A program made the position numbers and the translations under genes. This document shows, piece by piece, positions 1 through 15,667 of a DNA stretch of 64,000 nt (position 1 is its first letter; each line of letters starts with the position of its first letter). The DNA comes from Piromyces finnis finn (Eukaryota > Fungi > Neocallimastigomycota): contig MCFH01000001.1 in NCBI GenBank assembly GCA_002104945.1, forward strand, positions 1,302,001 to 1,366,000, written 5' to 3'. The notes beneath the pieces are model-generated. The model searched no databases. It saw only the letters and a list, made by a program, of their open reading frames with translations, and was not told the origin of the DNA.

Positions 1-1974
1 GAAAATTGGATAATCACCCTTCACCTAATAAAAAATGAAAAAGACATAGTAAATAAATAAAAATAATGGATTAATATTAATTGTTATAATTAAAAATTAT
101 TTACATTTTCGAATTGTGTACAAAAATCGTTAAAATCTCCTTCATCTGAAAAATAAAATCCTACAGCTAGTGATGGATCTAATGAAGCTATATCTATTGT
201 TTGTACTGTTGAGCATTTATATGAAATAAAATCCTTTTTTTTATTATTATAGTAAATCAATTAAAAGAAATTTATATTATGATTAATATAAATTCATTAT
301 TTATATTAATAATGATAATATTTTATTATTAAGAATATATATTGAATTATTTACATCATCATCATATTTGTCTTTTTTTTCTAATGCTTTTATGTTAAAT
401 GTATTATAATAAAAAAATATTAATTTAGGAATTCTATCTATAATTAATATATAATTAAATTACCTGGTTTTATTATATGAGGATCTAAATAAATAATGTC
501 ATTATCTAATAATATATAAATTTTAATAATTATATCATAATATCATAATATTTAGTATTTAATGTTATATATTAATAACTTTGACACTTACCATCATTTC
601 CTATTAAATATAAAGAAGATTTCGGTTTACCACTATTTATTCACATTGCATATATGAATATATTAATAGAAATTAATAGAAATTTTAGAGTAAAATATAT
701 ATATATATATTTAATTACCCAGCAATTCCTATACATTGGGGAAACTGAAAACATATCTGTTTTATTATAATTTTAAATGAATGATAAATTTAATTTGATA
801 ATATTAATTGTTTAAATATATATGAGTTTTACCTTTAATCCTTCATGATATAAAGGATTTAAACTCTTAATACCTAATCGCAAAGGCAATAATATAATTA
901 AAGCTTTATTCCAATTATTTGTAACTTTTACTACTTCATCTTTATATATTGATTGGTCTACAGACACACATACTCCTATACATTTATTGCATTCCGATGA
1001 ATGTTCAACAGCATTTTTTAATACTTGAGAAATAATCATCGGTCCAAACCATTCACCAATTGATTTATCATATTTTTGACCCAAAGTTGCAATTTTATGA
1101 ATTGAAAAGGGTTTTTCTGGAAAATCTAAAAACCAATTAATTAATTCTTTATATGTTTCGAATTTTTCCTTATTATTAATACGCCAATCTTTAATGATAA
1201 TAATAATAATACACAGATATTTAGTCAACTGATATATACAATATATATTATAAAATGAAACATAAAATAATTTTAAAAAAAAAAAAAATACCTCTTCCTA
1301 AAAAATGATATACAAAAGCATTTATTAAAAGCATTTGACCTGATCTCAACATGCATCCCCATCCCATATCTGATGTATAGTCTGACGGTAATATAGGCTC
1401 AAAGGAATGTCTATAAGTTAACCAAATTCTTGAACTATGGTCTAAGAAAAATGAAGACTCTTGTTGATTTGTTTTTTCCATTCCATTAGGATAATATTGT
1501 CCAAGTAACCACACTGGATCTTTAATAAAAAAAAAACATATATTGTAAATAAAAATTTAATATATTTAATATATTAGATATTTAATATATAATGAAAAAA
1601 TTTAAAATTAATATGTTAATTGAATAATTATATTTAATAGTCTTGAACTATTACTTGTTCTTGATTTTAATCTTTCTTTTGCTTGTATTATTACATCATT
1701 TGTCCAATTAACTATATTATAATAATAGTAAGATACTGACTTAGAATATTTACTTCCTTTATATACATAATATAATAAAAAAAATATTAATATTAGCATT
1801 CTATTAGGAAAATAATTTAATATTTAACTTTTTTATCATTATATCCATACCACTACGTTCTAATGAAACCGAAGAATCGTTTTTTTTATTATTATTTTCC
1901 ATCTCTGTATTTTCATTTTTATTTTCATTACTATTTAAGTCTTTATTGGAAGATAAATGTGTTTGATATTCCAT
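1..1974 (-). CDS. ATG4: Autophagy cysteine protease ATG4 (peptidase C54), multi-exon, 3' end runs off the window
   Basis: Minus-strand exons encode [13 protein letters not shown] and the catalytic-Cys motif [14 protein letters not shown] (ORF 1248..1514), GEWFGP (ORF 812..1228), [14 protein letters not shown] and the Asp/His motif IYLDPH (~470-500). Likely ATG at 1974 (MEYQTHLSS); exact first-exon structure uncertain. Confidence 0.93.
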
Positions 1975-2031
1975 AATTTAATAATTATTTAGATATTATT
2001 TATAATTTCAGAAACTTAAATTTTTTGAAAT

Positions 2032-2103
<72 letters not shown>

Positions 2104-3126
2104 GAAAATAAAAATAATATAAAATGAATGTATTAATATATAAATTTACTTTTTAAATTTCATATTTAAATAAAATGCTTGAAAATTATTATTTAATTTC
2201 TTGCATTTTAAAATTTATTTTTAATTCAAATTTCTTTCTTTTTTTTCTATTATATTTATAATAAGTAATTCTATATTAAAACTAGTGTTTCATATATATT
2301 ATTGTTCCTATTACTGATTTTAAATATTTAATTTTGCTTTTGTTTTCTTTTTTATTATAGTTTTATGTGTAATTATGAAAAATTCTATTATTTAAAATTT
2401 GAGTAATCGTTAATGTAGTATTAATGTGAAAAAGTTAGAGAAAATTCATATATATGATATTAATTTCTTTTTCTTTTCTTTTTTATTGAGGTTGTTGTTA
2501 TTGTTATTATTAAAAGGTCTTGAGGGAAAATGAATAATATTTAAAAATACACTCCCTAATTCTTACATAACTCTTTAAAAAAAAATACATATTTTTCCTA
2601 ATTAAATTTTAAAAATATTTACTAGGAAAAATTAAATTCTAAAATTTTCAAAATATTCCCAATATTACCTTTGAACCTTATAAATATTATATATAAGAAT
2701 AAAAAGAAAAGAATATAGTAATCTTTTTAAACTATTAATAATTGACTTTTTCTTGTTAAAAATATAATGGAAACTTATTATTTGTTGTTATCTTTTAACG
2801 TTAATATATATTTCCTTTTAACTTTTTTATAATAATAATTTTAACATTTTTTTTTTTAATTATTTTAGTATATTAATTAAATTTTAATATAAATGTAAAA
2901 TACACTTTTTATAAATCTAAAATTTATAAAAAATGAAATAATAACCGCAAATAACATAAAATTACATTTCAAAAAATAAAAAATAAAATAATAGATTTTA
3001 AAATTTAAAAATTAAATATAGTTTTCAACAATTTATCAATAGCCAACAGAAAATCAAAAATTGTTATTATATTATAATTTAAATCTATAAAATAATATAT
3101 TTTTCAATTTTATTTTTTTAAAAAAA

Positions 3127-5027
3127 ATGGTAAAAAAAACAATATCTCGAACAATATTTATTCTTGATAGTCATCCTCTATGTAAAGAGCAATCCACACA
3201 ATGTACTTAAAATTTTATATTATGCACAATAATTATTAATTTTAATTTTAATTATTTAGAGGGAATAAAGATTAATTGTAATTTAAAAAAGATTATTAAA
3301 ATTTCAAATGTTATTAAATTTTGAAATTTCATTACATTTGAAATCTATTTAAATATACATTTGAAAATTTTTATTAATAATATATAACGAAATGTATATA
3401 TATGATATTAATAATAACAAAAAATTGATGTTATTTTTATATTCACTATATAATATATATATATACATTAAAAAAAATAATAAAATCTCATATATATTTT
3501 CATTTTTGTATCATACATTAATAATTCAATGAACAAATTAATTTGAATGTGAATTATTATAGTAGTAGTAGTAGTAGTAGTATTTTATTTTACTTTTTTT
3601 TTTATTTTTTATTTTTTTGACAATTTTAATTGATTGAATTTCATATGTTAATTTATTTATAGGTGATGAATATAGCAAGAATTTACCACAAAGATCCATT
3701 TGGTCTTGTTTTATAGAAAGTGTACATGAGTATTGTCGTATATTCTATGATTTATTTGATTGTTCAGATTCAATGGTAAATGCAAATAAGCTAATTTTCA
3801 ATTGAATAAATCAAATAATGTTAATAATATAATTTAAATATATTCATTTTATATTTATATATATTATTAAAAAACAGTTATCCATACATATATCAAATGG
3901 AACTTCAAATGACATAATAAATAATTGGAATGAAAATGAACAACAAGCAAAACAAGTTAATATTTTTATTTTAAAAACATAAATTTTTAAAATATTCAAT
4001 TATCTGAACTAATAAAAATAAAATTCTTTAAAATAATATTGATTTAATTATTTAATATTAAGATTAGTAAGGGTTTATTATCAATTAATCAAGAAAAAAA
4101 TGAATCAAAGAGAGATAGAATAAAAAATTCAGTGATTCAAGCACTTGAAAATTTATTAATTAATAATGAAAAATATGATAAAATAAATGGAAGAATTATA
4201 TTATTATTACTAGATAATTCAATTAAATTAAATGAAAATAATAATAAAAATACTAATAACATTTTTAGGTAAATATTCACGAAAATAAAATATGATTTAA
4301 AAAATATAATATATTGATTTTATATATAATTTTATATCAGTTATTATGAAAATAAAAATGACATCTATGATATAAGAGATATGCTGGTTTCTGCATGGGA
4401 AGAAAGTAAAAATAAAAATAGTATTTTAAACGATAAACTGGATGACTGTATATTTGATATTATCAAAGTTTCAGACTCAGATGATGAATATGTCAATAAT
4501 TATACCCAAGATACCTATTATTACCAAGTAATAATTATTTATAATAAAATTATTCTTTTTTGTTAATGTGTTACATATGTTATATGAAAACGATAATAAC
4601 AGTAATAATAATACTGATACATTAAATAAATAATAGGTTAACGATGAAATTATATTATCTGTATATCACTCACCAATACTGAAAATTTTAAATAGTATTC
4701 GTAATCTTATACAATTACAAAAAAATTTATATACCCTTACAATCTCTGATATACCAATAAAAGTAAAGATAATCATATTATTAATAATTGAAATATAAAT
4801 AAATCTTTTAAATGTTTGAATAAAAAATTACTATTATCTTACTTTTTCATATATATATTTTTAATAATGAATAAATAATAATAGATTGATTCAGAAAATA
4901 ATAATAGTTATTCAATAAGTTTATTATACACTGGAAATGGGCATATAGCAACTTCAAGTAAATTCAAAAATATATATTTTTAATAAAAATATTTTCATTT
5001 GAATAGTTTAATAAATTATAAATTAAT

Positions 5028-5062
<35 letters not shown>

Positions 5063-6338
5063 GAGACAAAAAAAGAATTTATGAAAGTAACTACTTTAGT
5101 AATAGAACAACATTTACAAAATGGAGATCAGTAAAACCAAAACTAAAAAGTACCTAATATATTTATTAATATTATAACATTATATTATAGTAAAATAAAT
5201 ACTATATAATAAATATTAAATTATTTTTTACTTTTTATTCTTTTTTTTTTTTTTAGATAATAATTCAACAATGTGCATTCATAAAATTACACCTATGGAC
5301 ATAAGTAATGATATAACAAATCTATTCATAAATGCTATATTAACTAATAGTAAGTTTTTTGAACTATATTTAATACTGATTGTATAAACTCTCAAATTAA
5401 TATATTTTTATTATATATATCCTTTTTTTTTAAAGATACCTTTTTCTATTTTGTGCCATGTGAAGAGAAATCAGTTTCATGGAATAAAGACCAACCAAAA
5501 ATATCACATATGATTTACTTTGACAAAGGGAATTTATTATTAGCATGTATTGATTCAATTAGACCTAATATTATAAATTTACCTGCACTTCCAAAAATAA
5601 AAGAAGTCTGTAAACTAAGTTGTGAAGTAAGTCTATTTCAAATAAATATTTTTTACTAATTATAAAATTAACTTTAACATTCTTTATAACAAAATACTAG
5701 GATTTCGAAGATATAATTGAATCATCCACCATAGATGTTAATGTTCCAATTAAATCTAATAAAGATATAGAATCTCTATTTTTCAAAAATAAAGAAGATG
5801 ATTATTTTATGTTTAAACCATATGAGCATGTATCTAATAATAGATTAAGAGAATTATCTTTTATTGAGAATCCAAAAGATTTTGAAATAAAGGTTCCAAA
5901 AATGATTAATAAATTATCAGTAACATTAAAATCAATTGATGAAAAATCACCAGTATATATTGGAGAAGTGGGTATACTATATAATCCATAATAATTATTT
6001 AAATCAATATTAATTTAATATTATTTTTTTAATATATAGCCTGCAAAACTATTAAAGCCATTTATAGATAATTATATAAATGAAGAATTAAATGAAAATA
6101 TTATGATATCTATTCGATCCGTAAGTTTATATTTTATATTAATATATAAAGAAAAGAAACTTTCTCAACTTTATAGTAGTTAGTTATTAAATAATATTCA
6201 AAGGTTACTTATTATAAATTTATGATTTTGTTAGGCCTTAAAAATCTTAACAATGTACTATAATGAAAATAACAAATCACTTTTCCCATCAATTTCAAAT
6301 AAATATAAAAGGTGAGCTAAATTATTATAGAAAGAACT

Positions 6339-6410
<72 letters not shown>

Positions 6411-7586
6411 TATTTTTGCTATTTTAAAATTATTAATATTATAATATTAATGTTGTTTTTATAGAAAAATATTATACGACATATTAATAAGAGACTTAAG
6501 ACAGATTGGTGAAAAATATAAAGATAATTCAGATTCCCATAAAACTGTAATGTATATGATTATGTTTATTAGACTAGTTTTTAATTCTAATTCTAATAGA
6601 ATCAATTTCCTATTTAAAAATACTAGATCTATAATTATATAGAAAAGCATTTTTGTCAAGATAATAATGATAGTAGTAATTCAGCATCAAGACCATCAAC
6701 ACCTTCTAAGTTTGATCAAGATACAGATGATTCTAGTATTTCAACAAAAAAAGGTATTAATCGACTTTCTAATAGTACTAATTCAAGAACAGTTGCTAAA
6801 AATTCAAGAAATATGAGAATTCAACCAGCTCAACCAGCTCAACCTCAATCCCGTTTACGTACAAGCAATGCAAACGCAAAACCTCCAATGAAAGAATCAG
6901 TAAAAATTATACCTTATTTAATTGTCAATAAGCCATCAGATGAAGAAATTCAAAATGATAAAGAAAGAAAAGATAATGGTAAAAAAGGATCTCTCTTTAA
7001 TTTATATTGGAATAATAAAAAAAATCAGCGTTCTATTCTTATGACTTATTTAAATAATGTTGGTAAGTTTTTATTAATAAAACACTATTTAAAAAAATAT
7101 GTATATTATAGTTTTATATATATATTTATTTGTTTTTTGTTTTATCAATATTAAAAAATAATAATACCATATACATAATATACATATATATTAATAAAAT
7201 TCCTTAAATAATATTATTTAGGTGGTTATGGATGGAAATTGGAAAATAGAGATGATTTTTATGGAAGAAATGGATTAAATCTTGATTTACTTAAAGAAGA
7301 TGACAATGGAAATTCTGGACAAGATAGTGGATCTTTGGATAACGCTAAATCCTCCTCTTCATTAAAAAGTAATCATAATATGAATTATTCAAATGATAAT
7401 ATGAATAGTAGTAATAGTACAAGTATGAATTCTAATAATCGTAATAATCATGGGTATAATCATGGTAATCATTTTCATAACAATAATAATATGAATAGTA
7501 GTAGTAATAGTAGTAGTATAATGAATTCACAAAAAGACGTAAATAATTCTACTATAAAGCATGCCAATAAAAAAGTTAAACTTTGA
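3127..7586 (+). CDS. INTS13: Integrator complex subunit 13 / Asunder homolog (vWA-Ku-like fold), multi-exon
   Basis: Spliced exons in consistent phase (exon1 3127-3202, exon2 3663-3775). They give SRTIFILDSHP, RSIWSCFIESVHEYCRIFYDLF, INNWNENEQ, NGRIILLL, TLTISDIPIK, KITPMDI, KISHMIYFDKGNLLL and C-terminal GSLFNLYW...DFYGR. These follow, in order, recalled human INTS13 motifs: [88 protein letters not shown]...EFAGR. Confidence 0.85.
6340..6410. repeat. (TTTA)n microsatellite inside an intron of the INTS13 homolog
   Basis: Direct reading of an uninterrupted TTTA run. Confidence 0.9.
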
Positions 7587-8050
7587 TATTCTAATAAAAA
7601 TTAATACACACATTCCCGGATTTAATAATATTAACTAATCACTAAAAAAAAAAAAAAAGAAAAGAAAAAAAGGAAATAATTCATAAAAAAAGTTATTATT
7701 TTTTTATATTTCAAAGAAGAAAAAAAAATAGTTTTTTTTATATAATTTTAATATGAAATCACAACAAAATAATTAAATATTTATTATTGTATTATAAAAT
7801 AAATAAATTTAAATAAAGACATAATAACATATTCACTATATATATGATAAAATATTTTAAGATATATTAGCATTAGCATCAATAATATTAAAACGATAAA
7901 AATATTAAGTTTAATTTTTTTTTTTTTTTTTTTTTTACAATTATTCCTATACATTATTCCTACATACGTATTTTTTTTTCATCATAAACACTAACTAAAT
8001 ATAAAAAAAAGACAAGATAAATAAATTTGATTAAATAATTTTTATTATTT

Positions 8051-8082
<32 letters not shown>

Positions 8083-8260
8083 GATATTGTTTAAATATTG
8101 TTAATATTTTTTATCTTAAGCTTTATATTTTAATTCAATGTAGTTTTTATAAATACAATTGAGTTTTTAGGAAATTCTAGTTTTACATTTTTGTTTGTTT
8201 GTTTGTTTGTTTGCTTACTTGATTGCTTGAATAAAAGACGAATATATTATACTAATAAAT

Positions 8261-9107
<847 letters not shown>

Positions 9108-9768
9108 CTAAAATTTTATGAAAAAAAATGATAATTATTAATTACATTTAATATTAATATAATATTAATTTATAATAGTAAAAGATTTTAAAACAACGTT
9201 TTTATATTCTAAATATCAATTCTTAGAAAGTTCAATAATTCATTGTCGTATAATTTTTATATTTAAAACTATAATATATACTATATTAAAAGTATTTTTC
9301 TTTTTGGTATAAGTTAAAATAAAATACTCTTTTATCAAAATATTCATTTTCTTTTGTATATTTTTATTATTTTATTAATATTGAAAGATATATATATATT
9401 ATTATTTTCTTTCTCATTTAATAGTTGTTATTTATCAATTCTTTTATTTAATACTTTTATTTAAAATTCAACAAAATATGATACCAATTTAAATATAATA
9501 ATATTCCTTCACTTTTTTTTTTTTTTTTTTTTATAAAAAGTAATGTTGTATAATAAATTAAATTTGAATAAAAATGATTGATTGTATACAATGATTTTAA
9601 CTCTTATATAAACATAATATGCTTATACTTCTACTTTACATATAATACAAATAACCAATATCTTGTAACACTTTATAATAAATTTTAATATTATTCTTTT
9701 GTAAACAACGTTGTTTTTCTTTAATAATTCTTAATAAATTGAATAATGTAAATAATATTTACTTTTTA

Positions 9769-9799
<31 letters not shown>

Positions 9800-10544
9800 G
9801 TTTTTAAAAAGAAAAAACAAACAAAAATAAAAATTTCATTTTTTATTTATTAAATTATTTATTTTAATATAGTAAATTAAATTATTTATATTAAAATATT
9901 TATTTTAATTTAGGGATATTTTATTTTATAATTTTAAATAATAATTTATAAATATATAAATATAAACAATTCAATACGCCACATTATCAAAATAATCCAT
10001 ATAGGAAGCTTTATTTATTTATTTATTTATTCATTCATTCATTCATTTATTTAGTTAGTTAGTTAGTTATTTTTTTTAAAAAAAAAACATATAAAAAACT
10101 ATTTAAAGTAATTATTAAAAAATGTTTTTTAAGAAAAAAAACTTTACTATTTTAAATAATACTATTACAATATCGATGTTGTTGTTTCTTACAAATGTAT
10201 TGTCTTTATATTTAATCCTAAATATAATTATAATCAAATCTATTTTTATATGTGGCTTTGAACTTATAAATATACATATACTTTATATTTAATGGCTCTT
10301 CCATATTTTAAAAAAAAATTAAGAAAATCAACAAAAAATTTTAGTTTAAAAAGTAAAAAAAAAAACTTAAAATATTTAAAAAAGTTTAATATATTATCAA
10401 AATTTTGAAATGATAGTAAAGAATAGTAATATAGTTCTAATTATGTTTTATATAAAATTAAAATAATCTTTATTTATTTTTTTTTTTTTTTTATTTTTAC
10501 TTTATCATTTATATATATATATATAGTCTATTACTTTATCTACA

Positions 10545-12168
10545 CTATTTTCTATAAATATATATATTTCTTTGAAAACCTTTTGATTGGTTTGAACCTT
10601 TTCCCAATAATTCATAACTTTTAAAACCTACAGTTTCCATTAAATATTGATGAAATTGTTCAGGATATAATTGGATATTGTTAATGTTTGATAACATTTT
10701 CTAATATACAAATAGGTAAATTTATATTAAATATATAAAATAAAAAGATAAAATAGAACTTAGGAAAATAATTCATTTGAATGTTATAAAAAGGAATTAT
10801 ATATTTTACATATATATATATTTACTAATGATAAATTGTTACTCGAAAATAAACATATAATAAAATGAATTATATTACCTTATTATTCTTAGCCTTTCTG
10901 GAATAACCAGAAAATGGTTGAGGTTCTAAAATAAATATACCATTGTTTCTTAAAGAACTATATACTTTATTAAAAAAACGTTTAATACCATAGTCACCCC
11001 AATTTAAATGAATCCACTTCGTAATACTTAAACTAATTTTAATATTACAAATATAAAAAAAAAGTTTTAATAATATAAATAAAAATTTTATGAATAATTA
11101 TATATAACCTTTAAAAAAATAAAAATAAAAAAACTAAATATACCCTAATATAATATCATATGAGTCTTTGCTTTCCTCTATTGTTGGTTCATTTACCCAA
11201 TCGCTAACACGAAAATAAACATTGTTTGGAAATTGAGATTCCTTAATTGCCTCTATTTCATTATTATTATCATTTTCAATTACTATTTCTCTTATTTCAT
11301 TTTCTTTTTTTTCTTTTTCTTCCATAGTATTTTCAGTAAAATCACTTTCTTCTGGATTTTTTTTACATTTATTAATATTTATATCAAAATCGTTATATTC
11401 TTTTTCAATTTCCTTTTTTTTATTCTTCTCCAAATTATAATTATTAAGTGGTATGGGTATACTTCCTATAGTTAATGGGCAAGATATAGGATAATAATCA
11501 AAAAGTTTTTCATTTTCATTTAATTGAATATTTTGTTCTTTATTTTCTTTTATATCCTGATTTTTTATTAGTGAATTACGAAATATTAAATAATTTTGAG
11601 CTTTTTTAATCAAATGAGGATCAATGTCAACTCCTTCAATTATTTTTGGTTCAAAAAGCATTGCTTTTTAATTAATTTATTATTTATATATTACAAATTA
11701 GGATAGGATAGCAAAGGAATATTTTAAAAAAATAATAATTAAATAAAATAACCAACCTAGAGATACAGTTAAAAATCCTGAATTACATCCAACATCTAAA
11801 CATTTTTTATTATGAAACCATTCTTCATTAAATAGTTCAATACGAGGATCTATTGGAATAGAAGATTTATTTCTATACCCATAATAGTGTTCATAATTAC
11901 CGTAAATAAATTTATTACTCTTTATGAATTTCCCATTTAAAGAATTAGTCTTATTATTAACATTACTATTATAAGGGTGAAAGGAACCATTTGAAGAAAA
12001 TACTGACTTTGCTTTAAAAGACTTTGAGGAATTAATTACATCATTTCCTTTTGCATTAACATTTAAATGTATTCTATGAGATGAATTATTATTATAATTT
12101 CTATTATTGTTGTAATTATTATTGTTGTTGTTTAAATGTGCCAAATATGGATTAAATTGTGCTGACAT
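10545..12168 (-). CDS. BMC1: Bin3/MEPCE/Bmc1-family RNA 5' methylphosphate capping methyltransferase
   Basis: Exons encode YGNYEHYYGYR, DPRI, KKCLDVGCNSG, GVDID, FPNNVYF and the family hallmark LSITKWIHLNWGD, then FILEPQP. Stop TAG at 10545-10547. Confidence 0.9.
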
Positions 12169-13990
12169 TCTAATTTTTTTTATAAAAAAACAAATTACAT
12201 AAAAAATATCTTTTAGCTTTTATCATATATTAAATTATTATAAAAAATTAATTTATTATTTAACTATAAAAATTTTTTCCATATAAATATTATTAAATGT
12301 TTCTACTGTACAAAATTTAATAGCTATAATAGTATGGATGACTTTTTTAACAATACTTTTTATAATATTCTGTTTTATTTTGTTTATATTATATAAAAAA
12401 CATTTATATAAATTTTTACTAAAAATAAAATTAATAAAACAAATGTACATATACTTTTCTCTTTCTAATTGTTTTTATAGTATTCTATAACTTCATCAAT
12501 AATAGTCATTAAATGTTAAATGATAAAATATATATTAATTTAATAATAAATTAAATATTTTTCACCTTTTTTTTATATACAATAAACTGATTTTTAAAAT
12601 GATAATATTTTATATATCATTAGGATAAAACATATTGATTTATAAAATATATTCTTTTATATAAATTATAAATGCTTTAAATTGAAAGAAAAAAAAAAAA
12701 AAAAAGAGAAAAAGGATGAGATTTCTTGTATTAAAACATTAATTTATAGACATGCTATTTCATTATTCTGTACAATGTAGATATTACAGATATTACTCTA
12801 ATTCTACAACTATATCAAATATATATAAAGCTTTATTTTTTATAATAAAAATTTGTTAATAAATATGTATAAAATATTATAAATATATCATAAAATTGAA
12901 TTAATTTTATAGTTCAAACAGATTATGAAAAATATATACAATTTAACATATTTAATAATCAGCAAATATGGATTTTAAAATAGTAAATTAATAAAAATTT
13001 AATATAAAAATTTTCAAATTAATAATTCAAAATTTTTATTTTCTAATTATGCATAGTATATTAATTTATTTATATAAAAAAAAAGTAAATTCTTAAATTC
13101 ATAATAAAATAGATTTCTAAAGTTTTTTGGTTTTTTGTTATTCTCTTTCTTCATATTTCTTAAAAATTATATTAATTGTATTATTTAATGCCCATTTAAA
13201 TATAATAGTGATAATAAAAAAAGTATACATTATTCATTTTCTTTTAATATATGTATTGTAATATAAATGAATAGTTTTAAATTGATATTAATTTTAAGAA
13301 TATATATATATTTTTTCTTATATTCTTGTATTCATACAACAAATGAACAAATGTTTTAGATAGAAAATAATAAAAAAAACTTAATAATTGTACCTTTACA
13401 ATATAAAAAAAAAAAAACAGAAATATAAATGCATTATTAAAATAGAAAAAATAATTTATATTAAAAAAGTGCCGCATTTTTTTTTTTTTAATTTATTTAA
13501 TTAACTATAAAATTTTTATTAGACTAATTTGTATTATATTATTTAATAAAACAATTCATTTGTACTTTTTTAGCAAAAAAAAAAAAAACATTTTTCAATA
13601 ATGATTTTATTGGAATAATCAATCAAAAAAATTATCATTTTAAAAATAAATAGATATTTTTATTTTTAAAAATAGAAAAGATTTTTATTATGATAAAATG
13701 AATAATTTTAAAATTAAAAATATATATATGTTTTTTTCTATTATTAATAATATATATATCACCATCTTTTATTATTTTTTGTAATGTTTATTTTTATTCA
13801 TTTATATCTAAAAAAAAAAAAAGTGATCCTTCTTATCTTTAATTTTTATTAATATAAAACTTTAAATATCAATAGTTATTTCTAATATTATAAAATTTCT
13901 AAAATTAATATTTATGTTAAGATTAATCTTTTATATAATATAATATAATAATACAGATGAAAAAATATTTCATAATATATTTTATGAATA

Positions 13991-14140
13991 GCAATAATTA
14001 TCATTATACTTAAATTTACTAATTAAATATATATATATAAACAATAATTATCATTATACTTAAATTTACTAATTAAATATATATATATAAGCAATAATTA
14101 TCATAATACTTAAATTTACTAATTAAATATATATATATAA
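13991..14140. repeat. Minisatellite, three tandem copies of a 50-bp unit
   Basis: Unit (G/A)CAATAATTATCA(T/A)TATACTTAAATTTACTAATTAAATATATATATATAA-like starts at 13991, 14041 and 14091 with only 1-2 differences. Confidence 0.95.
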
Positions 14141-15371
14141 TTAATTAACATATATAACTAATTTTTTTTTTTTTTTTTTTTGGTAAATATATATTTATTG
14201 ATTTCAAAAGTGGTCACAAAATAATTAGAAAAAAAAATGATGATATTTCAAATAAAAAATAAATAAATAAATAAAAAACACATATGCTTGTAGATATCCT
14301 TTTTAGTTTTCAGTAACACAAAAAATACTGTTTATTGTTATTACTATTACAATTAAATTATTCTTATATAAATTGTTTGAAAACTTTCTCCTATTAAACT
14401 ATTAAATTAATATTAACTCTGTATGATTTTCTTTTATATAAATATTTGATATAAAAAAATAATTATTAGTTATTATTATATTTTAAATACTTTGAAAAAA
14501 GAAATAATAAACTAAAAATTTATATGATAAAAGCAATAATAATAATAATAAAATTATTCTATTTATTATTAAGCTTACTATTATAATAAATATTATGAAA
14601 ATAGCCTTTTTATTATAATAATATATTTAGATATTATATATTATTTTTAATTTTATTTACTTTTATTATTATAAATATGATTATATAAGTATTAATTTAG
14701 TATTATTCTTTTATTCTTTGTATTAGTTTACTACCATAATATTGTTCTTTTATAAAAATTATAATTGACATTATTAATGCTAATATCATCTTACTTATCA
14801 TTACTACCACAATTTAATTTATATTATTTATAAAAATGTGGAAATATTATATAATATTTGTATTAAAATCTAAAAAGTAATACCAGAATAGAAATTATTA
14901 TTTTATTTAATTTAAAGATATTTTTAATATAACATATTAAAAAAAATCTTTTAAATTGTTTTTAAGTTTATCAAAACATAAAAATTTAATATAAACTATG
15001 CTTTAAGGTTTAATAATATTAAAATTGGAGGTTTTATTTATAAATTAAAGAAATTTCTGTATAAATATCTTTAATGCTTTTAGTTTATACTTTTAAATTA
15101 CTAATAAATAATTATTAATTTATATTAAAGCTAATAAAAAATAACATAAAATACTATCTGTTCGTTAATAAAATATTTCAAAATTCTAAAACCCTTTTTT
15201 TTTCTTTGGTATAAAATAAAAGAATTTTTTAGTTATTTATTTATTTACTTATTATTGTTGGCATATAATGACCAACTTATAACTACAAAATAAACAATAA
15301 TTTATTTTTAATATTTTTTATAAAAACTGACCAAAAAAAAAAAAGTTTAATCATTTTATTTTATTATATTT

Positions 15372-15384
15372 ATTATGTTTATTA

Positions 15385-15421
<37 letters not shown>

Positions 15422-15632
15422 GTTTATTATTATTATTATTATTATGTTTATTATTATTATTATTATTATGTTTATTATTATTATTATTATTATGTTTATT
15501 ATTATTATTATTATGTTTATTATTATTATTATTATTATGTTTATTATTATGTTTATTATTATGTTTATTATTATGTTTATTATTATGTTTATTATGTTTA
15601 TTATTATGTTTATTATTATGTTTATTATTATG

Positions 15633-15667
<35 letters not shown>

